From Gracilinanus agilis (Eukaryota): 64,000 bases of DNA. Positions 12,728 to 25,160 of the stretch are shown piece after piece. The notes under the pieces are model-generated. The model was not told where the DNA came from and searched no databases. It saw nothing but the letters and a program-made list of their open reading frames with translations. Position 1 is the first letter of the stretch, and each line of letters opens with the position of its first letter. Where the stretch lies: positions 356,216,062 to 356,280,061 of the forward strand of contig NC_058130.1 in NCBI RefSeq assembly GCF_016433145.1, written 5' to 3'. A program made the position numbers and the translations under genes.

Positions 12728-14133
12728 TCACGTGTGGTCATTTGTATCTAAACCAGAACTTCCTGTAGCACCAACAGGCAAGTTAAGTTCAGAATCAGAA
12801 TAACAGAAAGCAGGCTTAAAGAGTAAGCTCTCTTTCTCGTAGAGAGTTAGAGAGTCATTATCATTTGTGCAAACTTCATGTTGGCTTTTGCTAAGGGCTG
12901 CAGAAATGGAGGTTTGATCTGATTCACTGTCCACTCTGGCATCTAAAGAACTATCAAGCCTCAAATCAGAAGTTTTCTCTTTGGTTGTATCCGGGAATGT
13001 TTGGTAGATAGTTTATGTTCCCTTCAACACCACTGGCACAACTACTGACTTAGAAGCCGACTGATGTTCCCTATCTTGCCCTGAAGTTTGTGTGTTTGAA
13101 GTCAGATGTGTTTTGTCTTCAATCACTGAACAAGCTTTATTGCTAATGTTATTATTAGCAAGCTCACTGGCTACTGGGGATGACAATTGCTCCCTTTCCC
13201 TTCCCCAAGCTTCAGGTTGGAATTCTTCAGCTAAGGGGTTGAGAAAGGTGGGTGTAGAATTTCCTGAACACCTGCCAGCGCTCTGCAACTCAGTGGGTTG
13301 CATCTTTAAAGTTAAGACTTTGCCAACATCCTGATTTGTTTGCTCTCTAACCCCTTTCTGTGACATTGTGTCTGAAGCAAGTGAATGGGATTGAACTTTG
13401 GCATGTAACTCCTCCAAGGTTACTAAATGCATTCTTTTCTGATTACATTGTAAGTCTTCCCCATAATGTTCTTTATCCAAGTTGCCCCATTGTTTTAGAC
13501 TTGGAATAAAGAGAGGAGTTTGAGGTTTTGAAGACTTTGAACTAGATTGCAAAGCTTTTTGATGCAAGCTTTTGCAAGTGCATGATCCTTATGCTTCTCA
13601 TTCAATGTTTTTGTGATGGAATGAGAAAGCTGATCCCTCATATAGTTATCCTCACTATGGCCATATATTTCTCTGCACATCTGCATTATTCCTTCCCATT
13701 GTTGATTATCTACCACAGACATATCTTGATGTTCTGTGTATCTTGCTTTAGACACCTGTTTTGTTTTGCCCAGTATTTCAATATTATTTTTCCCACTCAG
13801 GCTATACACTCTCACATCCAAATTATAATGATTAGACCTTTTTTTTTTTAAATTTTAAACCCTTAACTTCTGTGTATTGATTTATAGGTGGAAGATTGGT
13901 AAGGGTAGGCAATGGGGGTCAAGTGACTTGCCCAGGGTCACACAGCTGGGAAGTGTCTGAGGCCGGATTTGAACCTAGGACCTCCTGTCTCTATGTCTGG
14001 CTCTCAATCCACTGAGCTACCCAGCTGCCCCCTAATGATTAGACCTTTTTAAATTAGGAACCTCATTCATAATGACTTTGGCTTCGTTCCCATTTGTATG
14101 TACCTCTCCATTTCTTCTAGGGATGGGGATTGG
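12728..14133 (-). pseudogene. Disrupted Ser/Thr/Gln-rich reading frame downstream of the Gag knuckle, product unknown
   Basis: With SINE 13844-14032 and one TSD removed, the frame is open 14133-13495; after one frameshift, 13567-12728 is one frame with a single internal TAA (13013-13015). Confidence 0.6.
13844..14032 (-). mobile_element. SINE1_Mdo-type SINE inserted into the ERV
   Basis: 18-bp TSD TAATGATTAGACCTTTTT at 13826-13843 and 14033-14050. Confidence 0.93.
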
Positions 14134-15684
14134 CTAAATTTCTTGTATGCATGGCTACAGCACGAACCATCATGTTTGTTCTCCTCATTTCTCTTTTTAT
14201 CATTATTGTTTTTGGACCATTTTGTGTTGTAATAGTTCCTTCCAGTACCTCTGACTCTTTGATTATAATTATCACTTTTGGAAAAATCAATTTGTTGTCT
14301 AAATCTACAAAATTTTAACATATGACTTGGACGTCCACAAAGAAAGCACCATGGGTAAAATGATTTTGGTCTTTGGGTGTTAATTGTAGGTTGCCTGTGT
14401 TGATTTTGGCTCCTACTAGTTTGGAGGACAAAATTTTTTATTTCCTCCAATTCTTTTTCTTTCCTGGTCTGTTTCAACTGCTTTTTCAAATCAGCTATGA
14501 TTTTATCCTTGTCTGATTCAGTCTGTCTAGCTATCCTTGCTTCCTTTTGTTTTGAATCATGGATATAGAAAGCATGTTGTCTTACATCCTCCAGTGGCAA
14601 TGATTCCCACTGTGGATAATTTTGCCTAAAGTAATTTTGGATTGGGATTGATGTTCCCTTTACAAACTGCCTACAGATATGATCTATGATGTCCTGGGCA
14701 TGAGTATCACATAGTCCCAGGATTGTCTCTGCTGCCTCTATAACTCTATCGAGGAAACTGCTAGGATGTTCCTCTTCTCCCTATCTTAATTTCTCGAATT
14801 TTTGCCATGAATTTGGTCTTTTAGCATGGATTCTCATGGCTTCTAGTAAATCAGTTCTACATTGGATCAGGTACCTAAGGTTTGCATGTTGGGTAAAATC
14901 TAAATCCTGGTGGACCAATGGCCAGGCTGTTAAATTTGGGTTTGTCCTCGTTTCGTTTAGGAATTTTTCCTTTTCTGAGGAACAGTAAAATTCCCCTAAA
15001 TGAAATTCCATGTCATCAAAACTGGGATTAAATAGTGTGAATACCCTCTTTAATTCTTTTATGCTTTTGAATGGTTTTTCAAAAAATTTTGGGAAATGCC
15101 TCTTCAGCACCTCCATGTCACTTGGGGTGAATGCTTTATATGTTTTTACATGTACCACCCCTTCCCCAGGCTGCACAATGGTTCTATCTACAATTGGTAA
15201 AAGAGAGACTATGGAATTTGCAGATGTTTGTTATTGGGCTTTGATTTGTTAGAGGCATTATTTCCTAGGTATTTGGACTCCACAATCTCTAGCTGGAGAA
15301 TTGTGTGCTTGTCCAGTTCCTTTCCTTCCCTTATCTGTTTCAATACTTGGAATTAAGTAGTCTGATGTTATCTACTAGCTCCCCAGAATCAGTATCTTTC
15401 TTTTGTGAAGTAATTGAGTTAAACCATTGCCACAGGTGAGAGAAAACATTTTTCGAGACCATAAGGAATTGCCAGATTGTTAGGATTATGTCTATGGCTA
15501 TTGGGATAAAGCAAATACATTCAGGCAGGGTCAGAGCACACCATTTATAATAATCCTAGATGTTCAGTAGTTGTTGCATGAAATTAGGGACCCTTATAAA
15601 CCAAAAATCCACCATACCCTGCATTAGGGACCAAGAAATCATTGAGATGCCAGATAGGATAAATGTTACCCTAGCTAACTTCAT
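14067..15684 (-). pseudogene. gag: Retroviral gag, with stops and a frameshift
   Basis: YKAFTPSDMEVLKRHFPKFFEKP...FNPSFDDM...EKEKFLNETR aligns with MLV [25 protein letters not shown]...HQPTWDDC...EEKQRVLLEAR; MHR-like R*GEEEHPSSFLDR at ~14745-14786; zinc knuckle CFLCGRPSHMLKFC at 14307-14348. Confidence 0.88.
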
Positions 15685-15738
15685 TTTGGTTGGATCAGAT
15701 AGATTTTGGGTAGTTCGCTAACTTTGCTCACCAATTAA

Positions 15739-16794
15739 TGTTATAAAAAGTTAGTAATCTGAGTGGGTCAACAAAGGCAATTTGGGTATGAGGAGGGATA
15801 AAGGGGATATTAGGTGATTATAAGAGGAATGAAGGTAAGGGAAGGTATATAGGAGATAAAGGAAATGGGGTATATAAGAGAGGGCAGCTCAAACAGGTTT
15901 ATTCCCAGAGGCTTAAGACAGAATACAGGGAGGAAACTAGGGCCAGCAAGAAATGTTTAGGTTTTGGCTAGAGGGTTTCTCTTGTTAGTTTCTAAAGTCT
16001 CTTGAGGGAGGAGTGGAGAGGTTCCCTCCCTGACAGTCAAACTGATGGCTGGAGGAAGTCTTGAGGTAGGTACTTGCTGCCAAGATGGATGCCCCCAGTT
16101 CTCTCAAGAAACAAAATGAAAATGATTCCTTCCCTCTTTAGCCCTTGTCTCAATTTTCGATACAATGATTCACCAGAGGCTTTGAGTAGGTAACAAGGAG
16201 ATTTATTAATCTCAGGTTAGTCAGAGGGAAAGAGGTTCAGGATTCTCTAACTGCTGCTAGGGAGAGGGGCAATGGTGGGGGATGGGTCGTGGAGAGGTTT
16301 AGACTGAGAGAGCTTGCTCTCTCAGTTGGGAGATTTGACTGCCTTTTAAGTAAAGTCCTTATTAAATCACTAAAACTAGGGGTGACTTATTTAAGGATAC
16401 TCTACTTGTCTATAGAAACTAAAACCCACCAAGCCCTCCCCCTTCCACCAGGGCCCAAAGGAAATTCAGGGGAAGGGAAGGGAATGTAGATGGAGAGATC
16501 AGGGAGAGGTCCAGAGAAATGAGATAGGTTTAAATTTCCCCAAGAAAAATAAGCACAGGCCAAGGCCAAAGCAATTAGGCCAAAGCCAAGCCAAAAGGCC
16601 ACAGCTAACAGGCTAAGCCAAAGCAAAGCCTCCGGCCACAGCGAAAGCCAGAAGGCAAAAGCCCCGTCAGTTGGAACTTCACCTCTATTTATAGCTTTAA
16701 GTTCTAACTGACTTTCTGAAGATTCTAAGACTTCTAAATGACTTTTTGTGATCGTTAAGTTTCTGTTAGCCAGCTTGCATTACAATAGCCATCA
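15739..16794 (-). mobile_element. 5' LTR (~1056 bp)
   Basis: Starts TGTAATG, ends TATAACA; TATAAATA at 16686-16693; AATAAA at 16202-16207 and 15898-15903; followed by TTAAT-TGGTGAGC (PBS-like); boundaries inferred. Confidence 0.7.
16686..16693 (-). promoter_or_regulatory. Candidate LTR TATA box
   Basis: TATAAATA about 100 nt into the LTR. Confidence 0.5.
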
Positions 16795-16829
16795 ATGATG
16801 AATCTATAACTAATGACCCTATTAACTCC

Positions 16830-17135
16830 AGGATCAAATATAAAGTCATCTGTTTGGCACTTAAAAGTCTTTGTAATCTGGTCCCTTCCTCTTTCCAGGA
16901 TTCCCATTTCACTGCCCTCCACATTCTCTAATCCAGCTACATTGATCTCCTTATTGTTCCTCACATGCACCTCTAGTTCCCCATTCTGGCTGTCCCAAAA
17001 GCTTAGAATACTGTCTCTTCTGACTAACTGTCTTCAAGATTCATCTCAAATCCCATCTTCTGATGGAGGACTTTCTTCCCCACTCGCCCCTAACTGCTAA
17101 TTACTTCCCCTGAGATAACCTTCCATCAAGAAGTC
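16830..17135 (+). mobile_element. L2 3' fragment
   Basis: GGATCAAATATAAAGTCATCTGTTTGGCAC...TCATCTCAAATCCCATCTTC. Confidence 0.7.
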
Positions 17136-17762
17136 TTAGTTGCTAGTCAGTCAATAAACATTTGTTAAGCTACATAATATGTGGCAGGCTTTAAATAACT
17201 TCAAATTAGAAATATTTTAAACTAACAGAAAAATTTGTGATCTTAATTATTTAAATTTCTCTTATACTTATTTAGTTGTGAATTTTGAATAAAATTTTAA
17301 TTTTAACAAGAGGGGGCACACTGTCATCAAGTATTTCATGTGTGAGTTTCTGAATGACGTTTTCTAAGACTCATTGGATCAGAAGAGGTTCTCTTGCCTT
17401 GCCTCCTTGGTTGCCTGCCCTATCTCTATTAAACACTAGTGTGAGAGCACATCAAAACTGTCATACATGTATCAAAATGATATTCTCTGAATGATCTGAA
17501 TCCTAGAATTACAAATTAAATCCTTTCAGTCACTGTGCAGCACCTGATGAAAGTTTTTCCAAGTTCAAAAATCAACTAGAGTGATATACAGGACAAAAAG
17601 GTGGCTATGTTGAATTGTAATAATATCAATATTTTTAATCTAAGGAATTAATCTTTCAAATATTTTATAAGCTTGTAGCTTCATATTTCTGAAGTTATTA
17701 AAACTTAAAACTGCACTAAGACTTTTGAGACAATGTATTATCTCCTTTGTACCTTTTTATTT

Positions 17763-17944
17763 TTTTTTTAAACCCTTAACTTCGGTGTATTGTCTCATAG
17801 GTGGAAGAGTGGTAAGGGTGGGCAATGGGGGTCAAGTGACTTGCCCAGGGTCACACAACTGGGAAGTGGCTGAAGCCGGATTTGAACCTAGGACCTCCTG
17901 TCTCTAGGCCTGACTCTCAATCCACTGAGCTACCCAGCTGCCCC
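17763..17944 (-). mobile_element. SINE1_Mdo-type SINE
   Basis: Full element; TSD TGTACCTTTTTATTT at 17748-17762 and 17945-17959. Confidence 0.93.
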
Positions 17945-18434
17945 TGTACCTTTTTATTTATGTTGTCTTTCCCATTAGGGATGTGACCTTGGTAAGGGCA
18001 GAGACTATTTAAATTCCTTGTATCATCTGTACTTGTCACAGTGCTAGGTACATAAGTCTATTTTAATAACTAATATTCTTATTTGCAAATAATATTATCC
18101 TCAGAATATCAAAGGAATTCTCAATGAAGTCCATTACTACTCAAGAAGTTAGTCTCCATCTATACCAAAAAAAATTTTAAAAAAAGCTAAGAGATGAAAA
18201 AAATAACCATTACTCCAAATATGATGTATATTTAGAAAGTCAGTCCATTGAATTTGTATATCAGTAAACATAACCTGGAACAAGAACTAGAGATGATAAA
18301 TTAGCTGGTCCCAGAATTGAAGCAAGAGAATAAATGATTTGGATTTGGGAAACTGTATGGTAAACCCCATCTATATATAAAACTTTCCTTAAAAAAAACA
18401 CTAAGGTTCTCCCAGAGCTCTATGAAAGCAATTG

Positions 18435-18438
<4 letters not shown>

Positions 18439-18484
<46 letters not shown>
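18439..18484. repeat. (TA)23 microsatellite followed by short CA/TA runs
   Basis: Read directly. Confidence 0.97.
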
Positions 18485-18492
<8 letters not shown>

Positions 18493-20399
18493 TATATATT
18501 TACATAGTAGGCATAAATGAGTATATTTCCAATGATACTGGATCCAAGTGTCAGCATAAAAACATCATGTAGAACAAATATGACTGGAAAAGGAGAAACC
18601 TTGGGTGCCAAATATATCAAACATAATAGGCTAATAATAATAACAGTAATAATAACAGCAATTGCATAGCATTTTAAGGTTTGCGAAGAACTACATACAT
18701 ATTTCTTTCTATTATCACAACCACCTCCCAAGGTTGTTTGTATTATTCCCTCCATCATAAAAAGAGAAAACTAAAGTTGAAAGAAGTTTAGCCATCTATC
18801 CAGAGTCATATAGATAGTAAGTGTGTGGGGTGGATTGGAACTGATGTCTTTCTGACTCCAAATAATTGCCTTTGGGCCACTAAAACTTAATTGAAATTAA
18901 GGACTAATCTCAGAGTATTAGAGTATGATGGGAACCTCTAGAGATTTTCTAGCGGAAGCATTCAGTAATTTTTCAGAAGTGCTAGTCCAATGGCTACAGA
19001 TATATAAATAACTTTCAATGACAAAAAGAAGAAAATCAATAAACAATATTACTGTTAATATTAAAAGACACATCCTTTCTTTTAAGTAACAGAAAAATGG
19101 GAAAGTGAAATCCTACAGTTCTATATCATTATAGTATCATTTTTATGCTGTTTTACTTATTTGGAGAGATTATATTTTATGAGTGTTAAAACTGGGAGTT
19201 TACTGGAGCTTGTGTGCTATTTTGAAACAAAATTTATCAATTAAAAAAATAATACTTTGACAAAATTCCAAATAATACCCTTCTGGGAATATTTACTTCT
19301 TTTTAAGATTTATTTTTTTAGAATCAATTTTTCCTTTATAAGGGACAGTAAAGAATTCCCCAAATATCAAATGGATCTGAGATATCACACTGACAGCTAT
19401 CAGAGTCTTGTATACTATATAAGTATTCCATCTACTAACACAATGCAGCCAAGAATGACTATAAAATAAATGACTGAAAAGTAAATAATGGACATACCTA
19501 CCTACATAGCAAATAATGAAAATGTAAAATGTCTTCAAAAAGCCTCCTAAATACCTTCTATCCCCTTTAAGCTCCAACTCAGGTGTCGCTCACACCTCTC
19601 CTCTCTAAAGCTTTCTCTTCCCCCACCATTCAATGTACACACACACTGTTCTCTCTCCCTCCTCAAACTTTTATTTATTTGTTTGTGCACATTATATCTC
19701 TGAAATAGTCTATAATTTCCTTGACAGCAGGGACTGATTTGTTGGTGTCTTATCCAGCGCCTTGCTTATTAATTAATGAAAGAAAAGGCCATGTTGTTTT
19801 TTTTTTTTAACAATTTCGGTTATTTCCTTTAGATCTGATATCTGAATGTTCAGCTAAACTAGATTTTTTAATTCCACTAGATATAGTAAACTAAAACATC
19901 CAAAATATTACAAAGTTTAGCTAAATAAAACTTTACTTTTTTTTTAATGACTGAATCTCCCTACCTTGTCCAGGAAAGAAATGCAAGAGTTAGTCATATA
20001 TCTGAGACCAGTACTTTGGTATTGCTGTTTTTGAGCTGGGGTGGCTCTCTCCTCCTTACGTAACCTCTATGCACCTTTTCAACAGTTATTTTACAAAACA
20101 GGAAATTGACTTTCCACAAGGCAAGTGATTTGCCTAACAAGGCAAACTGGTCCCATAACTAAATATAGAATCAATTATAAATTTTGGTTTCAAGGTTTGC
20201 TATTACTAAAGAATTCATCACTTCATGAGAAACCTATGGTGTCACAAGTCTTTTTATACTTAAGTTGGCCAATGAACAGTAGATTCAGTCTATCATAAGA
20301 ATCAAATCTGAAGGTTTCCCAGCATAGTAGAACTTGCCAGATGTGTGCTGAGTCATCTCCATGCTGTGTTGTAGAAGAGATCTCTGTAAAATGGCAGGC

Positions 20400-20620
20400 A
20401 TCATTCAAATGTAAGAATGGAAAAGTGGACAGGCAAATTAGGCAGCAAGAACAAGAGATAATGGATAGTCCAGATGCTGCAATACACTCCTGGATTGTAA
20501 AAAAAAGACGTCAAGGAAGGCAATTTGGACAGATATTTTCTGAAGAATTTATGAAAAACTTGGACAAGAACGACAAAGAATGAGAAGGAGTAGAAGGATG
20601 GTGTTATGTTCCTATGGAGA
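20400..20620 (+). mobile_element. Degraded RTE-type LINE 3' end
   Basis: AGAATTTATGAAAAACTTGGACAAGAACGACAAAGAATGAGAAGG resembles the recalled marsupial RTE 3' terminus. Confidence 0.45.
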
Positions 20621-21759
20621 AAATACTTAAATTATGTAAATCACAGATTCACTGAACTAGTGAAGTACAGCACAGTCAATATCAAATGAACATTATATAC
20701 AGTATAAAGTACAAATACTATATACATATGTCATACACCCATCAATTAACAGAAATAATAAATAGTAGCAGTAGAATATAAATTAATGAGACAAATTTTC
20801 ATATGTGGTTTTTAGCATTAATTTCATTATGTTGTATAAACTTAGGCTACCAGTAGGTATTGAAATACTTTCAATAGCATGCAGATACTCAAAAGAAAAA
20901 AGTTATCATTAACATCTTCCAGACTTCTGAATCATTGTTCTAAAAATATTTTATGAAAAAATGGTATCCACCCTCCAGCTATAATCATTGCTTCCCATCA
21001 GTAACTCCCAAAAGGAGAACTCTGAGGGAAATACATGATAGAAATTGTACTGCTGCTCACTCCTAATGAAAGTCATGTTCTTCTTGGTGAAAAGTTTTAG
21101 CACTCTGATTGGGATTTTGAGATTCCAGACCATTTTTCCTAATAAATCACAAAACCAATTCAAAACTCAGGAGATAGTAAGTAAATAAAACTGTCCATAA
21201 AAGGACCCTTACTGATACATTTAAATCATAAAGAGAACTTTTAGAATGATTACTACAAAGAATAACACTAAGCATGAATATATTATTTTTGTTTTTAAGT
21301 GGCATATAAACTAAGAGATTTTACAACTGTTAATAAAAAATAAAAATAAGTGGTGAAAGGAACAATCATAAGTGAACACCAAAGGTTTGCTTTTTCCACA
21401 CAGAAAATATCTATAGCTACCATGAGCAGAAATGAAACTTTACAAAAGCAATTGTTTTATTTATACCTCTTGAGACTTTGCCCAACACACCTAATAGTTT
21501 TAGCCTTGAGGCAAATAATTGAGCTTATAACTGTTCTCTGGGCACTATATATTGGATGCCATGCAATCCCAAAGTATGGATTCATATATAAAACCAACAT
21601 CTGGTTTAAAAGAACCTATTAATTTCACCAACTACTTCTGAAAAAAAAACTTCTTCCAAAGCAAATAAAACTTGTAAATCATCATACCAGGAATCTTTCC
21701 TAGGAAAATTCAAATTAGAACAATTGCTAATTTAAAAAAGACAGCATAACCTAAATAGC

Positions 21760-23400
21760 AGCAAGGTAAAAAAATGAATAAAAAACATTTCTCTGGACAT
21801 TTAATGGTAATGCTTTGAAAAGCAATCCTTTCATTATCTCTGAATGACTTCTCTTACTCCCCACAGCAGCTGTCCTCTCATCTCTCAAGCCCCTAGCTCC
21901 ACCCTCAATCTTCTTTCTCTCAGCAGATGTCCTCATCCTCTGCTTTACTAAGATGGATGACATTCGTTTTGAGTGCTTTCATCTTCCATTCTCCAGAACT
22001 CAAGTCCATTCAATGTCCCTGTCCCACCCCCATCCTCCTCCTTTAGTTCAGTCTCAGAAGAAGAAGTAGTAGTCAAATTCCTTGCCAGAGCTAGTCTTGT
22101 GCCTTTGTGCATTATTCTCTGTTTCCATCTGATCTAGGAGCCTTCACTTTTGTCTATAAATATGTTCATGAGTCCTTGTCTTGGAAAAAAAAGCCTACCT
22201 TTCACCCCTGCGCCAGCCCCTATCACCTCAAATGTATCTATTCTCTTGCCATCAATTGCCTCTTACAACCTAATTGCCAACCACATCTCACTCTACTAAA
22301 ATTGTTTTCTCCTTAGTCACAAATGACCTCTGAATTGCAAAACTCAATGAGTTTGTTTCAGTATACATTCTTCTTGAGCTTTCTGGACCATCCCTTCCTC
22401 CCAGATATTTTCATCCCTTCTTTAGCTTCCAAAATACCACTCTCTTGATTTACCAATTAGCTCTAACTGCTTTTCAGTCTTCCTTCACTGATTCTGCAAC
22501 ATCCTCCTGCCTATAAAATGGGTTTGTTCTCCAAAGCATTGGCCTTTTTCTCTATGGTCTCTCCCTTTGTGATTTTATGAATCAAATTACCACCTCAACA
22601 CAAATGACTCCAACATCAATTTAGCCCCAAACTTTCCTATGATCAAGTTCTGAACTTCCAAGTGCACCCTTAACATTTCCATCTGAATGTTGTACCTACA
22701 CAAACAAGAAAGTAACTATAGAGTAACAATATGATAGAAAGAACACCAATTTTGTGTTCAGAGGACTGGGTTTAAATTCTGGTTCTGTCATTGATATCTT
22801 CGTGACCCTGGGTAAGGAAATTTATCTTTCTGGGCTTCAGCTTCCACACATATAAAATGGGGGGAGTTGGGGCTGGTTCCATTAGATGATCTCTAACATC
22901 CTTTCCAGATCTAAATATATGATTCTATTACCCAAACTGAACTCATCTCTTCTAAACTTGCCCCCTCCTCTTAATTTCCTATATGTTCATGGTATCATCA
23001 TTCTCCTAGTCAATAAAATCTCAAAATATCAGTAATCCTCACAATTTTAATCAATTACCAAGTCCTGTCAGTTCAACCTTGGCTATATTTTTGACATCCA
23101 TTCTCTTCTTTCTACTTTACACACTGCTACTACCACTCTGTGTTCTGAATTTCAACTCTTACCTCAACTGTTGTAATAGCCTTCTAACTGACCTCCTACT
23201 AGTCCAATTCACCCTTCACTGAGCTGCCAAAATAATTTTCCCAATTTGCAGGACTGACTATGCTATTTTAGCACACACAACCCCACCCTGTCCCCCCAAA
23301 AAACTCCCTATTATCTTCAGGGCAAAATACAAATAACCCAGCATGGAGGGCTTAAGGCCCTCTATGATGACTCCAACATTTCTTTCCAGGTTTATTTTAC
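21760..23400 (+). mobile_element. L2 LINE fragment (RT region to 3'), interrupted by a MIR at ~22730-22930
   Basis: CACTCTACTAAAATTGTTTTCTCCTTAGTCACAAATGACCTC (HSTETAL.KVTNDL-like), pyrimidine-rich L2 body. Confidence 0.72.
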
Positions 23401-24659
23401 AAAATCGAGACAGAGGCAACTCTGCCATATATCTATGTTAACTTGAGTAAGTCTTTCCTCCTTAATTTCGCCTCCTCTGTAAAAGCGAGATATTGGACCA
23501 TTAGACCTTTAAGGTAACTTTTCACCCTAAATTTACTATATGAATATGCCAAGATGGGCTGTAATTTAAGGCCACCAATAGAGTAATAATATATATTTTT
23601 AAAATCACTCCAATTTGCCTTTCCATTTGGATTTACTCTGTGGCACATAAATACTGGGCAAAGTAAGGTATGGACTGGAAGAGCCTAGGTTCTACCCATA
23701 GGCAAGCTATGGACCTAAAGAATGCCTTTTAAGTCTTTTAACTATTTCTTAAAAAGCTTCTTCAGTTGCAAAACTTCTTGTGAAGAAAATGAAAGTCTTC
23801 GGATAATAAATACAGAGCCTAAAATTAATATCAATGTCAAGGAAAAGAAGAGATTGCTTAATTGTGAGTAAGTCAATTTAGGTAAGCATCTTAACTCTGC
23901 CACTACAACATTGATATGACCTTGAATAAGTCACAACTTCTCAGTGACTAAGTTGCCTCATTGGTAAAATTAGAGTGTTAGACTAGATGACATCTAATAT
24001 GCCTTCTAACTCTAAGATCCAAAATGGCCTGGGATATTTGGTAATACTTTCTCAAACAGTAGCCAGAGACATCAAATGTCAAAATTTTCTCGTCAGGTTA
24101 AGTAAAGCAAATATTTTTCTGTTTAACATGTTCAGAAATCATATTTCTAGGTATAACAACTCAAAATTATTCCAAAAATATTTTTAGATTTGTGTTTTGA
24201 ATTGACACTTAACTAAATAAATGATCAAGTGTCAAGACATAAAAAAAAAAATGGATGATCAAGCACCAACATTAATATATAGAGCTAGGAATAGCATTCC
24301 TAACAGCAACTTACTTCTGGAATGAAGCTGATAGCCCTATTACTTCCAAATTCATGCCAATCCTTTCAAAATATTCTAAAATCAATTAAAAAGCTGAAGC
24401 AGCACTGGTAAAAGGAGTAAAGCCTCAAAGAGCATCTTTGTTTCTTTGATGCAATTTAAACAGTCCCTTCAAGTACCTCCTGATCCCAGGTCCCTGGAAT
24501 ATAGTCTCTTTTTCCCTTATGCTACCATTAATAATTTCTGAAGGTTTGTTTCTATACTCCCATAAAACTTAAGATAATGCATAGTCTATACTCAAATCTT
24601 ATTACACTGACACAAAAGTAATGAAGGCTTGCCCAAATTTGTATACTATAATACAATTG

Positions 24660-25160
24660 GTTAACTACTGTGCTCAAAGGAATAATAAACTGGAGGAATT
24701 CCATGTGGACTGGAAAGACCTCCAAGAATTGATGCAGAGTGAAAGGAGCAGAGCCAGAAGAACATTGTACACAGAGACCAATACACTGTGGTAAAATAGA
24801 ATGTAATGGACTTCTGTACTAGCAGCAATGCAATGACCCAGGACAATTCTGAGGGATTTAGGGAGAACAATGCTGCCCACATTCAGAGGAAGAACTGCAG
24901 GAGTGGAAACACAAAAGAAAAACAACTGCTTGAACACATGGGTTGATGAGGACATGACTGGGGATGCAGACTCAGAAATGACCACAGCAATGCAACTATC
25001 AATAATATGTAAATAAGTCTTGATTGATGACGCATGTTAAAACCAGTGGAAATGTGCATTGGCTAAGCTTAGGGGCAGTTGTGAGGGGTGAAAGGGAAAG
25101 TAAGAACATGAATCATGTAACCCTGAACATTTTTTCTAAAAAAATTAAAAAATTTTTTAA
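24660..25160 (+). mobile_element. L1 (L1_Mdo-like) 3' end
   Basis: GAGGAATTCCATGTGGACTGGAAAGACC...CATGAATCATGTAACC, A-rich tail. Confidence 0.88.

Larger units (their letters stand above)
12700..16794 (-). mobile_element. Endogenous retrovirus (class I/gamma-like capsid): 5' LTR + gag + extension, 3' truncated (no pro/pol/env/3' LTR)
   Basis: LTR with TGT...ACA ends, capsid, MHR and CCHC motifs on the minus strand; no second LTR copy found in the window. Confidence 0.85.

Noticed and set aside
16085-16100. TGGGGGCATCC as a Pro-type PBS, implying a shorter LTR
   Set aside because: Only 7 nt match and no CA end precedes it; the TATAACA end at 15739 fits better
18301-18758. ORFs with YIYIYI runs
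   Set aside because: Translation of the (TA)n microsatellite
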